From IMG/VR virus record IMGVR_UViG_3300025195_000002: a DNA stretch of 64,000 nucleotides. One strand, given 5' to 3'. The position numbers and the translations under genes were made by a program. The stretch is from a virus. The notes below the pieces were generated by a model, which saw nothing but the letters and a program-made list of their open reading frames with translations, did no database searches and had not been told where the DNA came from. This document shows positions 1-10,240 of the stretch, piece after piece. The stretch's first letter is position 1, and the number at the start of each line of letters is the position of its first letter.

Positions 1-2
1 AG

Positions 3-1985
3 TTTCTTCTTGAGCGGCGACTCATCAATCAATTTTACAATCTGTGACATTAACACCGGTGAGTTATTAGTAAACTTACGAATAAACTCACTTAAATGAT
101 CACAAAGTGTGTCTTGATAGATAATAACACGCTTGGCCAATAGCAAGTTTGACCCTACCACGTTTGTTGCAAACTCAACATCTAATGTTGAATCAACAAT
201 CTCAGGAGCAATATGCATGGACATGAAGTGACGGTTACGCAGGCTTTCTTCAAGATCCGTATCAACCCTTACCATACTACGCTGACCATCTTCGACATTA
301 GTCTTGGTAGTAGGATAAGCAGGGTGTCCTTCCACATTAATGTCTACTGATGATCGTTGCAGATAACCTGTAATATCTGAAGGATCAATAGTTCCTAACG
401 GATAAGACAGTTGATGGTTCTTTGTGAAGTTATGCATGATCTTTTCAACAGTCGCTGATGGGTCTGGATCATCTTCATCAAGTGTGATATTAAGCTTAGT
501 CCGATTATTGGAGTTCTTAATCCCCGCCATGGTATTGGCAAACATGGTCATTGCCCTTAGTGATGCAATGATTTTAGAACCTTCGATCAAGGAACGTCCT
601 GTTCCATTATCATTATAATCAAATGCAACGTACGTCATTAACTCTGAGGGGATGAACAATACCTGAGTATGCATTTTAGATAATGCACGGGCTAGCATGA
701 TACGTCCTACTTCACTTGGGCATGATAGTGTAGCGTTGTCTTTATAGATCCCTGCTTCTAAACGAGATACTAAATCACTTTCTACAAGGGACGTGTACGC
801 AGCCACCAACTCAGATTCAGACTTCTCAGAAATATCCTCACGGTCACCATATATACCCTGTCGTACTTGTTCAATAAGTTCAGACGTACCCTGATTTTGT
901 TTTTTCAATTTTTGTTTCAAATTAGAAAAATACTTTGCATCTTTAGAGCGCGTGATAGGATTACCGTTCTTATCAAGTAAGACATAATAACCAACATGAT
1001 TAGACGGATCAGATGGCACATGGACAGGAATAACCGATTCACTAGGTAACTTCATTACTAAAGGATGACCTACCGATTCTCGGTTTAACGTCTCACTAGT
1101 CTGAAGTTGTACCGCTGAACGCTGTGTATATACACGACGACGGTACGCTGACTTTAATACAGTTGGTTTATTTTCACCCTCTTTACCACGTGATGATTCA
1201 AGACCAGTATAGACACCAGCCACTCCATTACTTTCAAACGCATGGGCAACGGCATCTTGACGCGCTCTATCTAATAAAGAGGGCACCTTTAAAGCGTTGA
1301 AGTTATCAACAATAGTGGTGTACTTATTAAATTTGTCGTACGACTCCACCGACTGGGTCTTAGAGAAAATGTTTTCTAAGCCAAAGGAGGATTTATCTGA
1401 TTTATCGGAATTACCCAACAACCCTAGAGGTTTAACGGTGTGGTTATCTGATGAAAAGAAATCTTTAACTGATTCCATAGACACTTCATCATCGCCATTT
1501 ATTACCATATCCAGGCTATTTTCAGGAACAATAGCGATAGGGTAACTACCTGTCTTAAATAACGCATCTGACAATATAGTAGTGAGGCGTCGTCTTAATC
1601 CAAACTCATTGATAAAATAATCGCTGATAATCTTTATGACACCAGACGCTAATTCTGCTGCTTCACCTGATATATTAGAGGTGAAGTTAATCTCCGTTGA
1701 GATCATGTCTTTCGGTGACAGTATCGAGGATACTAAGACTTGCATTGCCATTTCAGTATCAGGCAATATTTCAAAGATGGCTCGTGCATCATTGATATTA
1801 GCCGCTATCTCATTAGAAATAGTCTCCATGACATTCTTAGAGGGTGCTTTGGTTTTATTCGGCACTTCTCCATCACCTGATCCAGGCTGAACTATCTTAT
1901 TTAAGATTGCTTTTACTTCTGGCGTAATTCCAGAATCGGCATCGTGCCTGGGATAGGCGTGTTTACGAATATTATCTGTGGCCAT
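3..1985 (-). CDS. Probable portal protein (phiKZ gp129-like), N-terminal ~661 aa; truncated by window start
   Basis: Absent from the ORF track because no stop falls in the window. Manual translation from ATG at 1985 gives MATDNIRKHAYPRH...ARAIFEILPDTEMAMQVLVSSILSPKDMISTE, and the same frame is open at the window edge (...MSQIVKLIDESPLKKK); the middle was not fully translated. Size, motif and head-to-head position with two virion genes fit the phiKZ-like portal locus. Confidence 0.6.
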   Translation of the reverse strand, partial: MATDNIRKHAYPRHDADSGITPEVKAILNKIVQPGSGDGEVPNKTKAPSKNVMETISNEIAANINDARAIFEILPDTEMAMQVLVSSILSPKDMISTEINFTSNISGEAAELASGVIKIISDYFINEFGLRRRLTTILSDALFKTGSYPIAIVPENSLDMVINGDDEVSMESVKDFFSSDNHTVKPLGLLGNSDKSDKSSFGLENIFSKTQSVESYDKFNKYTTIVDNFNALKVPSLLDRARQDAVAHAFESNGVAGVYTGLESSRGKEGENKPTVLKSAYRRRVYTQRSAVQLQTSETLNRESVGHPLVMKLPSESVIPVHVPSDPSNHVGYYVLLDKNGNPITRSKDAKYFSNLKQKLKKQNQGTSELIEQVRQGIYGDREDISEKSESELVAAYTSLVESDLVSRLEAGIYKDNATLSCPSEVGRIMLARALSKMHTQVLFIPSELMTYVAFDYNDNGTGRSLIEGSKIIASLRAMTMFANTMAGIKNSNNRTKLNITLDEDDPDPSATVEKIMHNFTKNHQLSYPLGTIDPSDITGYLQRSSVDINVEGHPAYPTTKTNVEDGQRSMVRVDTDLEESLRNRHFMSMHIAPEIVDSTLDVEFATNVVGSNLLLAKRVIIYQDTLCDHLSEFIRKFTNNSPVLMSQIVKLIDESPLKKK

Positions 1986-2025
1986 GTTTATTTACCTATA
2001 ACTGTAATAAAGAGCGAAGTACATA

Positions 2026-4110
2026 ATGTCTGACTCTACCTACGATCTTTATCGACAAAGCTGTATTAATTTAGCCCGTTCGATCATCCTCAAGTCTAGC
2101 GAGACTGCCGCTGCAATTAATGCAGAATTAGAACTGCTTGGGGTAGAAGTCGATCAAACGAACCCTAGTACTTGGAAATACTATTTAAATTTAAGTGGAC
2201 AATATCATCCTTTCGATACTCCGATGACAGTAACATCACTGGATACGTTAGAGATCATAGCATTCACTCGAGAAAGTTTAGAGATACATCGATCTACTGC
2301 AAAGGCGTATACCTTTAATTCCGATGCATATATGTCGTTACTATCACGTTACCCAGAACAAGAAACACTCATCAGGGGTATAGTTAATCCTGTAGAGTTG
2401 GAACAATCTATTCCAGCGGATGATTGGGATATTCTTTTTTATAATGACGATCTAGTTGAAACTAATGAAGCGGATTTGATTACACGGATTCAACTTTGGA
2501 TCAAACGTCACATGTTGCGTTGGCATATCAGTGACTATACCATCAGTGACGATCTCTACCTTGCTGCCGCGCTCGGTGTTCTCTATAGCCATTTACCTAA
2601 CGCTATAATGAATATACGTTTAGATAACGCTAAGACCTATAAGGCTCACAGTTATCACGTGTGGACATACTTAGCAAGTAATGGTGGGTTAAGTGGTTAT
2701 CGGGAAAGTCTAACCACCGCACAAGCATTGTTTCTATATAGAAACATTCGGTACATTTACAAGAATTCGGGTAAAACCTCTACCTTTAGATTACTTATAC
2801 AGAATCTATTAACGGAACGTGGTTTACCACTTTACGCTTATGATTTACGTCACCGAACAGATAGCCTACCTGATTCGATTCAACCAGATATTGATGTAAT
2901 ACGCTATCCTCTAAATGACTCACTGGTAAGTGCTGATGCCATTCAAATCTATACTCCTGACGAATTAACTCAGCTGGTTGATATCTTTGCACCCGATAAC
3001 GGATTAAACGCATTAGAGTTAACAGCAGAATGGGTGCGTAAGATGCAGCGTTCTGGGCGGGACAGGGTATTAACGAAAGTAGTCGAATCAGTAGTTGAAA
3101 TCAACGATAGTTTTGAGGCGGTTAATTTAAACCAACTTCTTTTAGAACACTGGGCTTACCTCTCTAACATCGGCGTATACAGTGGTAACATCACTGTAGT
3201 TAACCCACATAGTGGTAATATCCTACAGATCTCAGCCGCCGACGCCTTTATCTTATATCTTTATTTGTATAATAAGACGTTGGGTGTAACATTAACAGAA
3301 ATCCCTACCTTCACTACCTTTCTAACCGTAGAGCCTGTGATGCAGAATTGGGATGAGTTTACCGAGGGTCTTGACCCAGACTATGTCGAACCTTATCACT
3401 CGATGTTTAGAAGTCTACCCACTACTTCAAACATCATTAATGCTGAGGGATTCTTCGAACATGTCAGCGAAGTCTATCATGTCATTGCCTCTATTCTTAC
3501 TGCTTCTAATCTAGCAAGTAAGTTAGAAGAAAAGGCAGCGTTACGTATACTGTTTAACAGATTGACACTTACTCGTAAATTGACATTGAACGAGATTGAA
3601 AGTTACGATCAATGGTTATTTATTAACGATATTGATGTTGAAGATATTAGTTTATCTGACGCGCAAGCTTTTATGGATATTATCGTTGAAACCGCCACCG
3701 GAAGTGACGCATCTACTGACACCACCGCCAAGTCTATTCAAGCAGCACTCGTTGCTATTTTGAATCAGCTTACCAGCTACGATATTAATGTAGTGCCAAC
3801 ACTGTTAGGTCAAAATGCTTTTAGTGTTGATACTAATCGATTTAGAATATCTGAACTGAGTATTTCAGGTATTCATGATGATGGTGACTACCACTCAACA
3901 CTTCGTATTAAAGACGCATATTCCCATACTGACATGGGTCGTATTGATGCTGCGCCAGCTGCCTTAAGGCTTGACGACACCACGCAATCGTATGCACAGT
4001 TTAACCTTAATCAATTAGACACCGCACACCTACACACCAGTGCTAGATCCTTAGGATCCATCCGCGTTGCCAATGTAGAAGTTGCTGTAAAGGAAATCAG
4101 ACATGACTAA
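2026..4110 (+). CDS. Virion structural protein (phiKZ gp128-like)
   Basis: 694-aa ORF; WKYYLNLSGQYH and KVVES motifs recalled from phiKZ-like virion proteins; adjacent to the portal candidate. Confidence 0.55.
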   Translation: MSDSTYDLYRQSCINLARSIILKSSETAAAINAELELLGVEVDQTNPSTWKYYLNLSGQYHPFDTPMTVTSLDTLEIIAFTRESLEIHRSTAKAYTFNSDAYMSLLSRYPEQETLIRGIVNPVELEQSIPADDWDILFYNDDLVETNEADLITRIQLWIKRHMLRWHISDYTISDDLYLAAALGVLYSHLPNAIMNIRLDNAKTYKAHSYHVWTYLASNGGLSGYRESLTTAQALFLYRNIRYIYKNSGKTSTFRLLIQNLLTERGLPLYAYDLRHRTDSLPDSIQPDIDVIRYPLNDSLVSADAIQIYTPDELTQLVDIFAPDNGLNALELTAEWVRKMQRSGRDRVLTKVVESVVEINDSFEAVNLNQLLLEHWAYLSNIGVYSGNITVVNPHSGNILQISAADAFILYLYLYNKTLGVTLTEIPTFTTFLTVEPVMQNWDEFTEGLDPDYVEPYHSMFRSLPTTSNIINAEGFFEHVSEVYHVIASILTASNLASKLEEKAALRILFNRLTLTRKLTLNEIESYDQWLFINDIDVEDISLSDAQAFMDIIVETATGSDASTDTTAKSIQAALVAILNQLTSYDINVVPTLLGQNAFSVDTNRFRISELSISGIHDDGDYHSTLRIKDAYSHTDMGRIDAAPAALRLDDTTQSYAQFNLNQLDTAHLHTSARSLGSIRVANVEVAVKEIRHD

Positions 4111-4936
4111 TGTAACTCGTACCATTTATGCCAGTGCCCTTCAGTCGGCTCAAGTACTTGGTATTCCCTATGACATCGTAGATAACACGACACTTAATGA
4201 GAAGTTTGGTATCCTTGACGGTACTCACCCTACCGAGGGTTATCCAACCATGCAGTACCTTGCTATCGGTCGGGGCGGTCACCGCAACGCTAGCGGTGCT
4301 GACGGCGCATCCTTAACACGTCTAAATACCCACAGGGCATCGGATGCGGCATTGTTCCGCCATCTACCCTTTGTTTTACGTGAGGTTGATAATGACTTAA
4401 CGGCTATCGAAAGAGCAAACTACGCCCTTCGCCGTGAAGAGACCATCGATGGTGTTACGTATGTTGCGTATTATCTCATGCGCATTAACAACGCTAATGT
4501 CGATATCGACTATAACCGGGTTATTGTTAGCGACGGTGATCAGTCTACCGTTCCGTACACACCTTCGTCAAGTGACCTTAACCCTACACCTATTGAAGCA
4601 TCGTCGACCGGAATCAATGTATCAGATGGTGAATATCTGACAGCATCAGCTGGTATTACTCTTAACTTCACCGCTAACATTATTAATGAGATCGTTAATG
4701 CTGCTAAGATCATTTACGGCGAAGAAGAATATGCAACGCTTTCAGAAATAGCGCTGGTAACCGGTCAAGATTATACTCACAGTGCTGTTAATGATGAAGG
4801 CGGGTCGTTTACTTACTCTGAAGTCATCGCAGCGCAAGTTAACACCCACATTACTCTACACCAGCAGTTATGGTTGTTGAACAACAGCCTGACCCTTGAA
4901 TTTAATTTAGGTGGTACAGAGTCACTAGCCATTTAA
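4103..4936 (+). CDS. Virion structural protein (phiKZ gp127-like)
   Basis: 277-aa ORF coupled to the upstream gene; TTLNEKF, YLAIGRGGH and PFVLREVDNDL motifs typical of this phiKZ-like family. Confidence 0.55.
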   Translation: MTNVTRTIYASALQSAQVLGIPYDIVDNTTLNEKFGILDGTHPTEGYPTMQYLAIGRGGHRNASGADGASLTRLNTHRASDAALFRHLPFVLREVDNDLTAIERANYALRREETIDGVTYVAYYLMRINNANVDIDYNRVIVSDGDQSTVPYTPSSSDLNPTPIEASSTGINVSDGEYLTASAGITLNFTANIINEIVNAAKIIYGEEEYATLSEIALVTGQDYTHSAVNDEGGSFTYSEVIAAQVNTHITLHQQLWLLNNSLTLEFNLGGTESLAI

Positions 4937-4947
4937 GGATTAACGCG

Positions 4948-5241
4948 GTGGATGCGAACAAACACATTAGAGATAACCATGGTTTTACATTGAGTTATAG
5001 CTGCGAGACCGAAGGGTGCAATGGCGAGGTTGTTACTAACACTATAACTGAATCCGTTAGAGAGCATCTTTACGGGGAACGTTCCTGGCCTTGCCATTGT
5101 GTTTCGTGTGGGACCCTTTATGTTTCAAATCTACCGCTACCCTTAACTAGAAGTGGCTATCGTTCGCTTGTTGAATTTGAAAAGATTAAACACGTCGCTC
5201 ACTCCAGTCTCGTGGTTATTAAAATGAACACTGAAAGATAA
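4948..5241 (+). CDS. Small putative zinc-ribbon protein
   Basis: 97 aa, GTG start, two Cys pairs (CETEGC, CVSC). Confidence 0.45.
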   Translation: MDANKHIRDNHGFTLSYSCETEGCNGEVVTNTITESVREHLYGERSWPCHCVSCGTLYVSNLPLPLTRSGYRSLVEFEKIKHVAHSSLVVIKMNTER

Positions 5242-5250
5242 GGGCTTAGT

Positions 5251-5826
5251 ATGTTCGGGATAAACACATACCGAATCATTGGTATTGACCCTAGTGTAGA
5301 CAATATGGGTGTCGGTATCTTAGATATAGATATTGATACTTATAGGGTTGTGGTCGTTGAATCATACACCGTCCATGGTAAAGATCATGTTAAGAGGTAT
5401 CCACACATCGCCAAGTATCACGGCGAACGGGTCGCTAAACTTCATGGTCATGGTGAACATTTTATCAAAGTATTTGATCAGTGGGACCCCAACGCGGTGG
5501 CTATCGAGACCCCATTTATGGGGCGTTTTCCAGCAGCCTATGGGGCGTTAAAAGAATGTGTGTGCACTGTCACTAACGCATTGATCAGTCACGACTTTAC
5601 AATGCCGTTAAATGGAATTGATCCTAAGAGTGTTAAAAATGCAATTGGGGTTTCTGCGGGAAGTAAAGATAAGAACGACATGCAGGCCGCATTGAGTCTA
5701 CATAAAGGGATTGAATGGGGAAATGGATTAAATGCGGGGATGCTCGATGAGCATAGTGTTGATGCAATAGCGGTCGCGTACTGGCTATATAGTCATCAAT
5801 TCAATCCTTATATTAAAAACAGGTAA
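5251..5826 (+). CDS. ruvC: RuvC-like Holliday junction resolvase
   Basis: IIGIDPS, VAIETPF, KNAIG...KDK and DEHSVDAIAVA supply the RuvC acidic catalytic residues. Confidence 0.85.
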   Translation: MFGINTYRIIGIDPSVDNMGVGILDIDIDTYRVVVVESYTVHGKDHVKRYPHIAKYHGERVAKLHGHGEHFIKVFDQWDPNAVAIETPFMGRFPAAYGALKECVCTVTNALISHDFTMPLNGIDPKSVKNAIGVSAGSKDKNDMQAALSLHKGIEWGNGLNAGMLDEHSVDAIAVAYWLYSHQFNPYIKNR

Positions 5827-5831
5827 CTGTT

Positions 5832-6233
5832 ATGAAAACTTTTTTCTTGGTATCACCTAGAAATATAGGTCATGAAACGTTAAATGAAATATTAGATATA
5901 CTTCAAAAACGTATAGACCCTCTAGCAACATTATCACATGTGTCACGAGAATTAAGTTGTTCAAACACGACACCTATTTTAATGTCAAGAAGTAACCCTG
6001 ATGGTATACCGCTTGAAGATATTATTGATCAGATTATCAGTGACATGAAAGAAAAGCGAGACTATATCGACAATGATCGTAGTCTAGCATCCCAGACTAT
6101 TAAAAATAACAATCGAGATATTGTTGATTTACTACTACGTATTAAAAGAATCAATGAAGAAACTCGTAATTTGTTAGAAGCCATTGAACCTGATCCAGGG
6201 CCTAGTGGAAAACCACGCGTAGGTAAATATTAA
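5832..6233 (+). CDS. Hypothetical protein
   Basis: 133-aa ORF in operon-like arrangement, followed by a hairpin. Confidence 0.6.
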   Translation: MKTFFLVSPRNIGHETLNEILDILQKRIDPLATLSHVSRELSCSNTTPILMSRSNPDGIPLEDIIDQIISDMKEKRDYIDNDRSLASQTIKNNNRDIVDLLLRIKRINEETRNLLEAIEPDPGPSGKPRVGKY

Positions 6234-6235
6234 TT

Positions 6236-6267
6236 GAGGCCGGGGTATATCCTCGGCTTTATGCCGT
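6236..6267 (+). terminator. Hairpin + TATGCCGT
   Basis: GCCGGGG-TATAT-CCTCGGC stem, then TTTATGCCGT, after 5832..6233. Confidence 0.65.
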
Positions 6268-6312
6268 GTTAGAAATAACGATGCGTATAAACACTATAGA
6301 GGTATAAAAAAC

Positions 6313-6678
6313 ATGCAATGCTATACGTACCAAATTGGAAAGATAGAAGCGATTGAAGGAGTTGAGGATATCAACATTATTAACGCTTCGGTTAAAAGCG
6401 GCCACCGCTGGTTAGCTCCCACATGGGCCCTATTAATGGCATATAAAAAAGGTGAAATAACAGAAGCTGAGTATACTGAAAAGTTTCAGAGCCTTATGAG
6501 GTTACGGTATCGTCGCTATAAGAATCTGTTTGAGGCGATGGCTAAGCGAGAGAATGTGGCGTTTGGTTGTTATTGTAAAAAAGGTGAATTTTGCCACCGT
6601 CATCTTCTAGTGGATATGTTTGAGCGTATATGTAGTAATTACGATATACCGTTTCACTACAATGGAGAATTAGAATGA
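6313..6678 (+). CDS. DUF488/YeaO-like protein
   Basis: LAPTWALL...EYTEKF...GCYCKKGEFCHRHLL matches the DUF488 CHR signature; GAGG RBS upstream. Confidence 0.65.
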   Translation: MQCYTYQIGKIEAIEGVEDINIINASVKSGHRWLAPTWALLMAYKKGEITEAEYTEKFQSLMRLRYRRYKNLFEAMAKRENVAFGCYCKKGEFCHRHLLVDMFERICSNYDIPFHYNGELE

Positions 6679-6992
6679 GTAGATATGTGCCCTGTGAAAT
6701 GAATGACCTTCATGTAGACACATTCAATACTGTAGTGCGTGCAACTGATGATGTGCTAATTAAATTAGAAAAGGCCCAACAACGACACGGCTTGACGCGA
6801 GGATGGCGCTTCCCACCAGAAAGTAAGGATCCAGGTGATGGACGGTTCTTTAACACAGCTGAGGAATGTGTAGTGGCGTTACGTGAGCATTTAAAGAAAG
6901 GTGACATCACTGACTGTATTGCTTATCTCATGTTCTTAAAAGAATTAGAAGGTAGTAACATTTCTCAATCTTTAATCGATCAATTTACATAA
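6675..6992 (+). CDS. Hypothetical phage protein (HLKKGDITDCIAYLMFL motif)
   Basis: C-terminal motif resembles the phage 'HxxKGDPxDVANFxMFL' domain; ATGA overlap with the upstream gene. Confidence 0.45.
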   Translation: MSRYVPCEMNDLHVDTFNTVVRATDDVLIKLEKAQQRHGLTRGWRFPPESKDPGDGRFFNTAEECVVALREHLKKGDITDCIAYLMFLKELEGSNISQSLIDQFT

Positions 6993-7004
6993 TTTAAAAA
7001 GGAT

Positions 7005-7649
7005 TTGATTTTGTCTAACCATAACCCCCTTAAAGAAATTCAACGAAATCCCATTGTTGCTGTTATAGATTTAGAAACAGGTTCGTTGAGAAACAAAGCT
7101 CACATATTTACAGCAGGGATGGTCATTGGTAATATTCTCACTGGTGAGATCTTTAGCGAACACTACTACCGTGTTGCCTCTGATGGTCAGGAGGGTCGGA
7201 TAAGTGACAGTGAGACTGTTACTGATTTTTGGGGTGACTTGAATAAAGTTTCCCGTGAAGCAAGGCGAGAGATATTTGACCTAGAGTTAGATCGCATTCC
7301 ACTCGAAGAATTGTTGCTGAGATTAAACGAGGACATCTGCGGTGTTGTAGAAAAACTCGATATCAAAAATCTCCATGTAATGGGCAACGGTAGTGAATTT
7401 GATAACGCTATTATTTTAGATGTCTATAAAGAACTAGGTATTAAACCAGCCTGGCCACATGGTAACAATCAATCCCTGCGTACACTGGTATGGATGGGGC
7501 GTTTGTTATTAGGGATAGATCCAAAATACCAAAATGAGTTTATTGGTATCCGTCACCATGCCTTGGACGATGCACGGGATGAATTTAATTATAGTACCGC
7601 TATTGTTCAGAAATTTAAAGAAGCGCTAGAGGGTGCAGGTAAGGAATAA
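7005..7649 (+). CDS. DEDDh 3'-5' exonuclease (DUF5051-like)
   Basis: IDLETG (ExoI), GNGSEFDNAIL (ExoII), HHALDDA (ExoIII). Confidence 0.85.
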   Translation: MILSNHNPLKEIQRNPIVAVIDLETGSLRNKAHIFTAGMVIGNILTGEIFSEHYYRVASDGQEGRISDSETVTDFWGDLNKVSREARREIFDLELDRIPLEELLLRLNEDICGVVEKLDIKNLHVMGNGSEFDNAIILDVYKELGIKPAWPHGNNQSLRTLVWMGRLLLGIDPKYQNEFIGIRHHALDDARDEFNYSTAIVQKFKEALEGAGKE

Positions 7650-7653
7650 TAAA

Positions 7654-8193
7654 ATGTATAGTAGTAATTTTATTGCTATCCTTGCATGCGATAGCAGATA
7701 TGGCATAGGGGTTAATAACAGTATCCCCTGGCACTGTCCTGAAGACTTCAAGCATTTTAAAGAAACAACCTATGGCCATATTCTTATTATGGGCCGGAAG
7801 ACCTTTGATAGTATTGGAAAACCTCTTCCTGGTAGAGCAACTATAGTAGTAAGTCGCAATACACGAAAAACGATACCTGGTGTTATACAGGTATCATGTC
7901 CTGAACAGGCTTACTATACGGCAGCATCTATTGCAGATGCTGTGGAAGGTAGAAAAGTCTTTGTCTGTGGCGGTGGTGAAATTTACAAAACCATGCATAA
8001 ATGGACAAATCGCTACATCGTCACTAAGATACATCATTCAAAGGTTGATCACTTTGATTGTGATACACGTTTTGATAATACGCTATTGCGGGGATGGCGA
8101 CTTGAAAAGGTATCTGATTTAGAAAAATCTAAAACGAAAGACATTGCCTTTCAAATCCTACATTTTATTAAAGGAGAAACACATGGGAATTAA
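7654..8193 (+). CDS. folA: Dihydrofolate reductase
   Basis: GIGVNNSIPWHCPEDFKHFKETT, LIMGRKTFDSIGKPLPGR, VCGGGEIY, CDTRF; start moved to ATG 7654. Confidence 0.95.
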   Translation: MYSSNFIAILACDSRYGIGVNNSIPWHCPEDFKHFKETTYGHILIMGRKTFDSIGKPLPGRATIVVSRNTRKTIPGVIQVSCPEQAYYTAASIADAVEGRKVFVCGGGEIYKTMHKWTNRYIVTKIHHSKVDHFDCDTRFDNTLLRGWRLEKVSDLEKSKTKDIAFQILHFIKGETHGN

Positions 8194-8455
8194 ACAGTCA
8201 GTTTTAACCCCTATCAAGCTATCTTACGACTGCGATGTCTGTGGTGGAAATGTACTTCCTAATCGAGGCGATATGGACTCTAATCATTGGTATAGTACGT
8301 TCGATGCGAAGCGTATCCCCCACCAGTGTGTTGATTGTAAGAAAGATTATTACTTTAAAGCAGATATTACTCAAATTATCTTTTGCGATTCATCCGAAGG
8401 CTTTGCTCCGGATACATTAACCGATTATTTGCTGAATAACCCAACCAAGGAATAG
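8183..8455 (+). CDS. Small putative zinc-ribbon protein
   Basis: CDVC and CVDC pairs; AAGGAG RBS before ATG 8183. Confidence 0.5.
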   Translation: MGIKQSVLTPIKLSYDCDVCGGNVLPNRGDMDSNHWYSTFDAKRIPHQCVDCKKDYYFKADITQIIFCDSSEGFAPDTLTDYLLNNPTKE

Positions 8456-8459
8456 ACCA

Positions 8460-9197
8460 ATGAAAATAGAACAAGCTATTGTTGCCACAACGACAATGTT
8501 ACAAATGCAACACGATGTTAATGTTGTTATGAATAAAACGGAAGACTGGGTCAGTTTAAATCGCCCATGGTACCGTGCTATCTGGACTGAAGCCAGTGAG
8601 ATTGTTACAGAGTGGGTTGATTGGGAATGGTGGAAGAAAGGGCAAGTAAGTGTTTATCAGGCTCAATTAGAGCTGGTTGATATCTTTCACTTCATTCTCT
8701 CTAATGCCCTACAAAACCGCGACCCAGATGAAGAGTCGTTCGAAGATGTTGCCTATGTTGTTGCTACTCAATTATACGATCAATTAGGTAAAAGCGCCGT
8801 TCTCGATCTACCTGAAGACATTGAAGGTCTGTGTGGAGTTGCTGAGCGTTTTATTAACGACACCATTGAATTCCATCAACCGGACCTTGGTTATTTTGCT
8901 GACTTGATGAACGCATTAGACTTCTCATTTGAAGCACTATATATGTGGTATATTGGTAAGAACCAACTCAACCATTTCCGCCAGGGACATGGTGATAAAG
9001 AAGGTACCTATGTGCGTAACTGGGTCTTCAGTGCTGATGGTGATACAGTTGCTGACAATGCCTGTCTGGAAAACATTGTTACATCAGCTATTAAAGCCAA
9101 CATGGATACAGATGGTTTTGCTGATCATGTAACGAAGGAGTTAGACTCACGTTGGGAGATTCATCTATCTTATACAGGGGAAAACGATGCGGGGTAA
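8460..9197 (+). CDS. dut: Dimeric all-alpha dUTPase (dUTPase_2 family)
   Basis: WYRAIWTEASE, WEWWKK, ELVDIFHFILS, YIGKNQLNHFRQ...KEGTY motifs. Confidence 0.9.
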   Translation: MKIEQAIVATTTMLQMQHDVNVVMNKTEDWVSLNRPWYRAIWTEASEIVTEWVDWEWWKKGQVSVYQAQLELVDIFHFILSNALQNRDPDEESFEDVAYVVATQLYDQLGKSAVLDLPEDIEGLCGVAERFINDTIEFHQPDLGYFADLMNALDFSFEALYMWYIGKNQLNHFRQGHGDKEGTYVRNWVFSADGDTVADNACLENIVTSAIKANMDTDGFADHVTKELDSRWEIHLSYTGENDAG

Positions 9198-9831
9198 ATT
9201 GATTGTTGTAGAGGGTAGTGATGGTTCGGGTAAAACCTCACTTATTGAGAGGCTACAGGGTTGGTTACTAGTTAATGGTAATGAAGTGGAAGTCTTTAGA
9301 GAACCTGGCAGTACTCCAATAGGGGAAGCGGTAAGGACGTTAATTAAAGATCCTAACAGCACTATATCGGTTACTACACAGACCGAGCTGCTATGGCTTT
9401 CACGCGCTCGGTTATTAGAAGAGATAGTTCAACCTAAGCTTTCTGCTGGGGTTAATATTATCCTTGACCGGTATTGGTTCTCAACGTTAGTCTATCAACA
9501 CGAGTTCTATAAAGACAAACCTATCTATGATACTATTCGTAATATCATCGAACAATACTACCAGGCCGACTATCTCATCTACCTTAAAGTATCGCCAGAA
9601 GTTGCATATGAGCGATGTCGAGCAGGTAATGGTCGAGGTAACGTTGCTGATATGAATGACGATAAACCCCTCGATGTATTTGTAAAATGGTCACAGATGT
9701 ACAATGAGTTATTTGATGCTTATTGTAAATGTAAACCAAACTACAAACAGGCACTTTCCATTGATGGGGACCAGGTGTTTTCAGAGGTGGCAAATGATGC
9801 TTGTCATTTCCTAGTAGAGCTAAGTGAATAA
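9187..9831 (+). CDS. tmk: Thymidylate kinase
   Basis: VVEGSDGSGKTS P-loop, FREPGST, LDRYWFSTLVYQ. Confidence 0.93.
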   Translation: MRGKLIVVEGSDGSGKTSLIERLQGWLLVNGNEVEVFREPGSTPIGEAVRTLIKDPNSTISVTTQTELLWLSRARLLEEIVQPKLSAGVNIILDRYWFSTLVYQHEFYKDKPIYDTIRNIIEQYYQADYLIYLKVSPEVAYERCRAGNGRGNVADMNDDKPLDVFVKWSQMYNELFDAYCKCKPNYKQALSIDGDQVFSEVANDACHFLVELSE

Positions 9832-9835
9832 AATG

Positions 9836-9858
9836 ATAGGGGCCGAAAGGTCCCTATG
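9836..9858 (+). terminator. Hairpin (GAAA loop) + TATG
   Basis: ATAGGGGCC-GAAA-GGTCCCTAT after tmk. Confidence 0.6.
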
Positions 9859-9874
9859 ACGTCAAGGAGATTTA

Positions 9875-10195
9875 ATGTCCATATTTCAATGTCAGCGGTG
9901 CGGTTCTTCGGAGAATACCGCTTTAGGTCTCTACCATAGCCGTCATCGCAATGAACGGTATTTCGATGGGTTAGAAAATGGAACTGCGTTATGTTCAGCC
10001 TGTGCACCTACTCACTACAAAGATGGTTCATGTAGTTCATTTAATGGTGAATGGCATAATCGGTTTACACGTCATTTCTTACCCAAAGGATCTTGCTTTA
10101 CTAATAATGAGGGAAATTTAGAACATCGTGAAACTGGATTGGTGGGAAACAAGCTTTATGAAACTTTAGGAAAGGTTGAAGAGTATCCAGATTAA
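9875..10195 (+). CDS. Hypothetical Cys-containing phage protein
   Basis: CQRCG...CSAC; AAGGAG RBS. Confidence 0.6.
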   Translation: MSIFQCQRCGSSENTALGLYHSRHRNERYFDGLENGTALCSACAPTHYKDGSCSSFNGEWHNRFTRHFLPKGSCFTNNEGNLEHRETGLVGNKLYETLGKVEEYPD

Positions 10196-10211
10196 ATTTA
10201 CTACTTGCTTG

Positions 10212-10240
10212 TAAGGAGGGTCTTGGTGACTCTTCTTATG
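10212..10240 (+). terminator. Hairpin + TATG
   Basis: TAAGGAGGGTC-TTGGT-GACTCTTCTTA-TG. Confidence 0.55.

Noticed and set aside
424-1890. Short plus-strand ORFs (424, 1297, 1636)
   Set aside because: Antisense shadows of the long minus-strand portal-like ORF.
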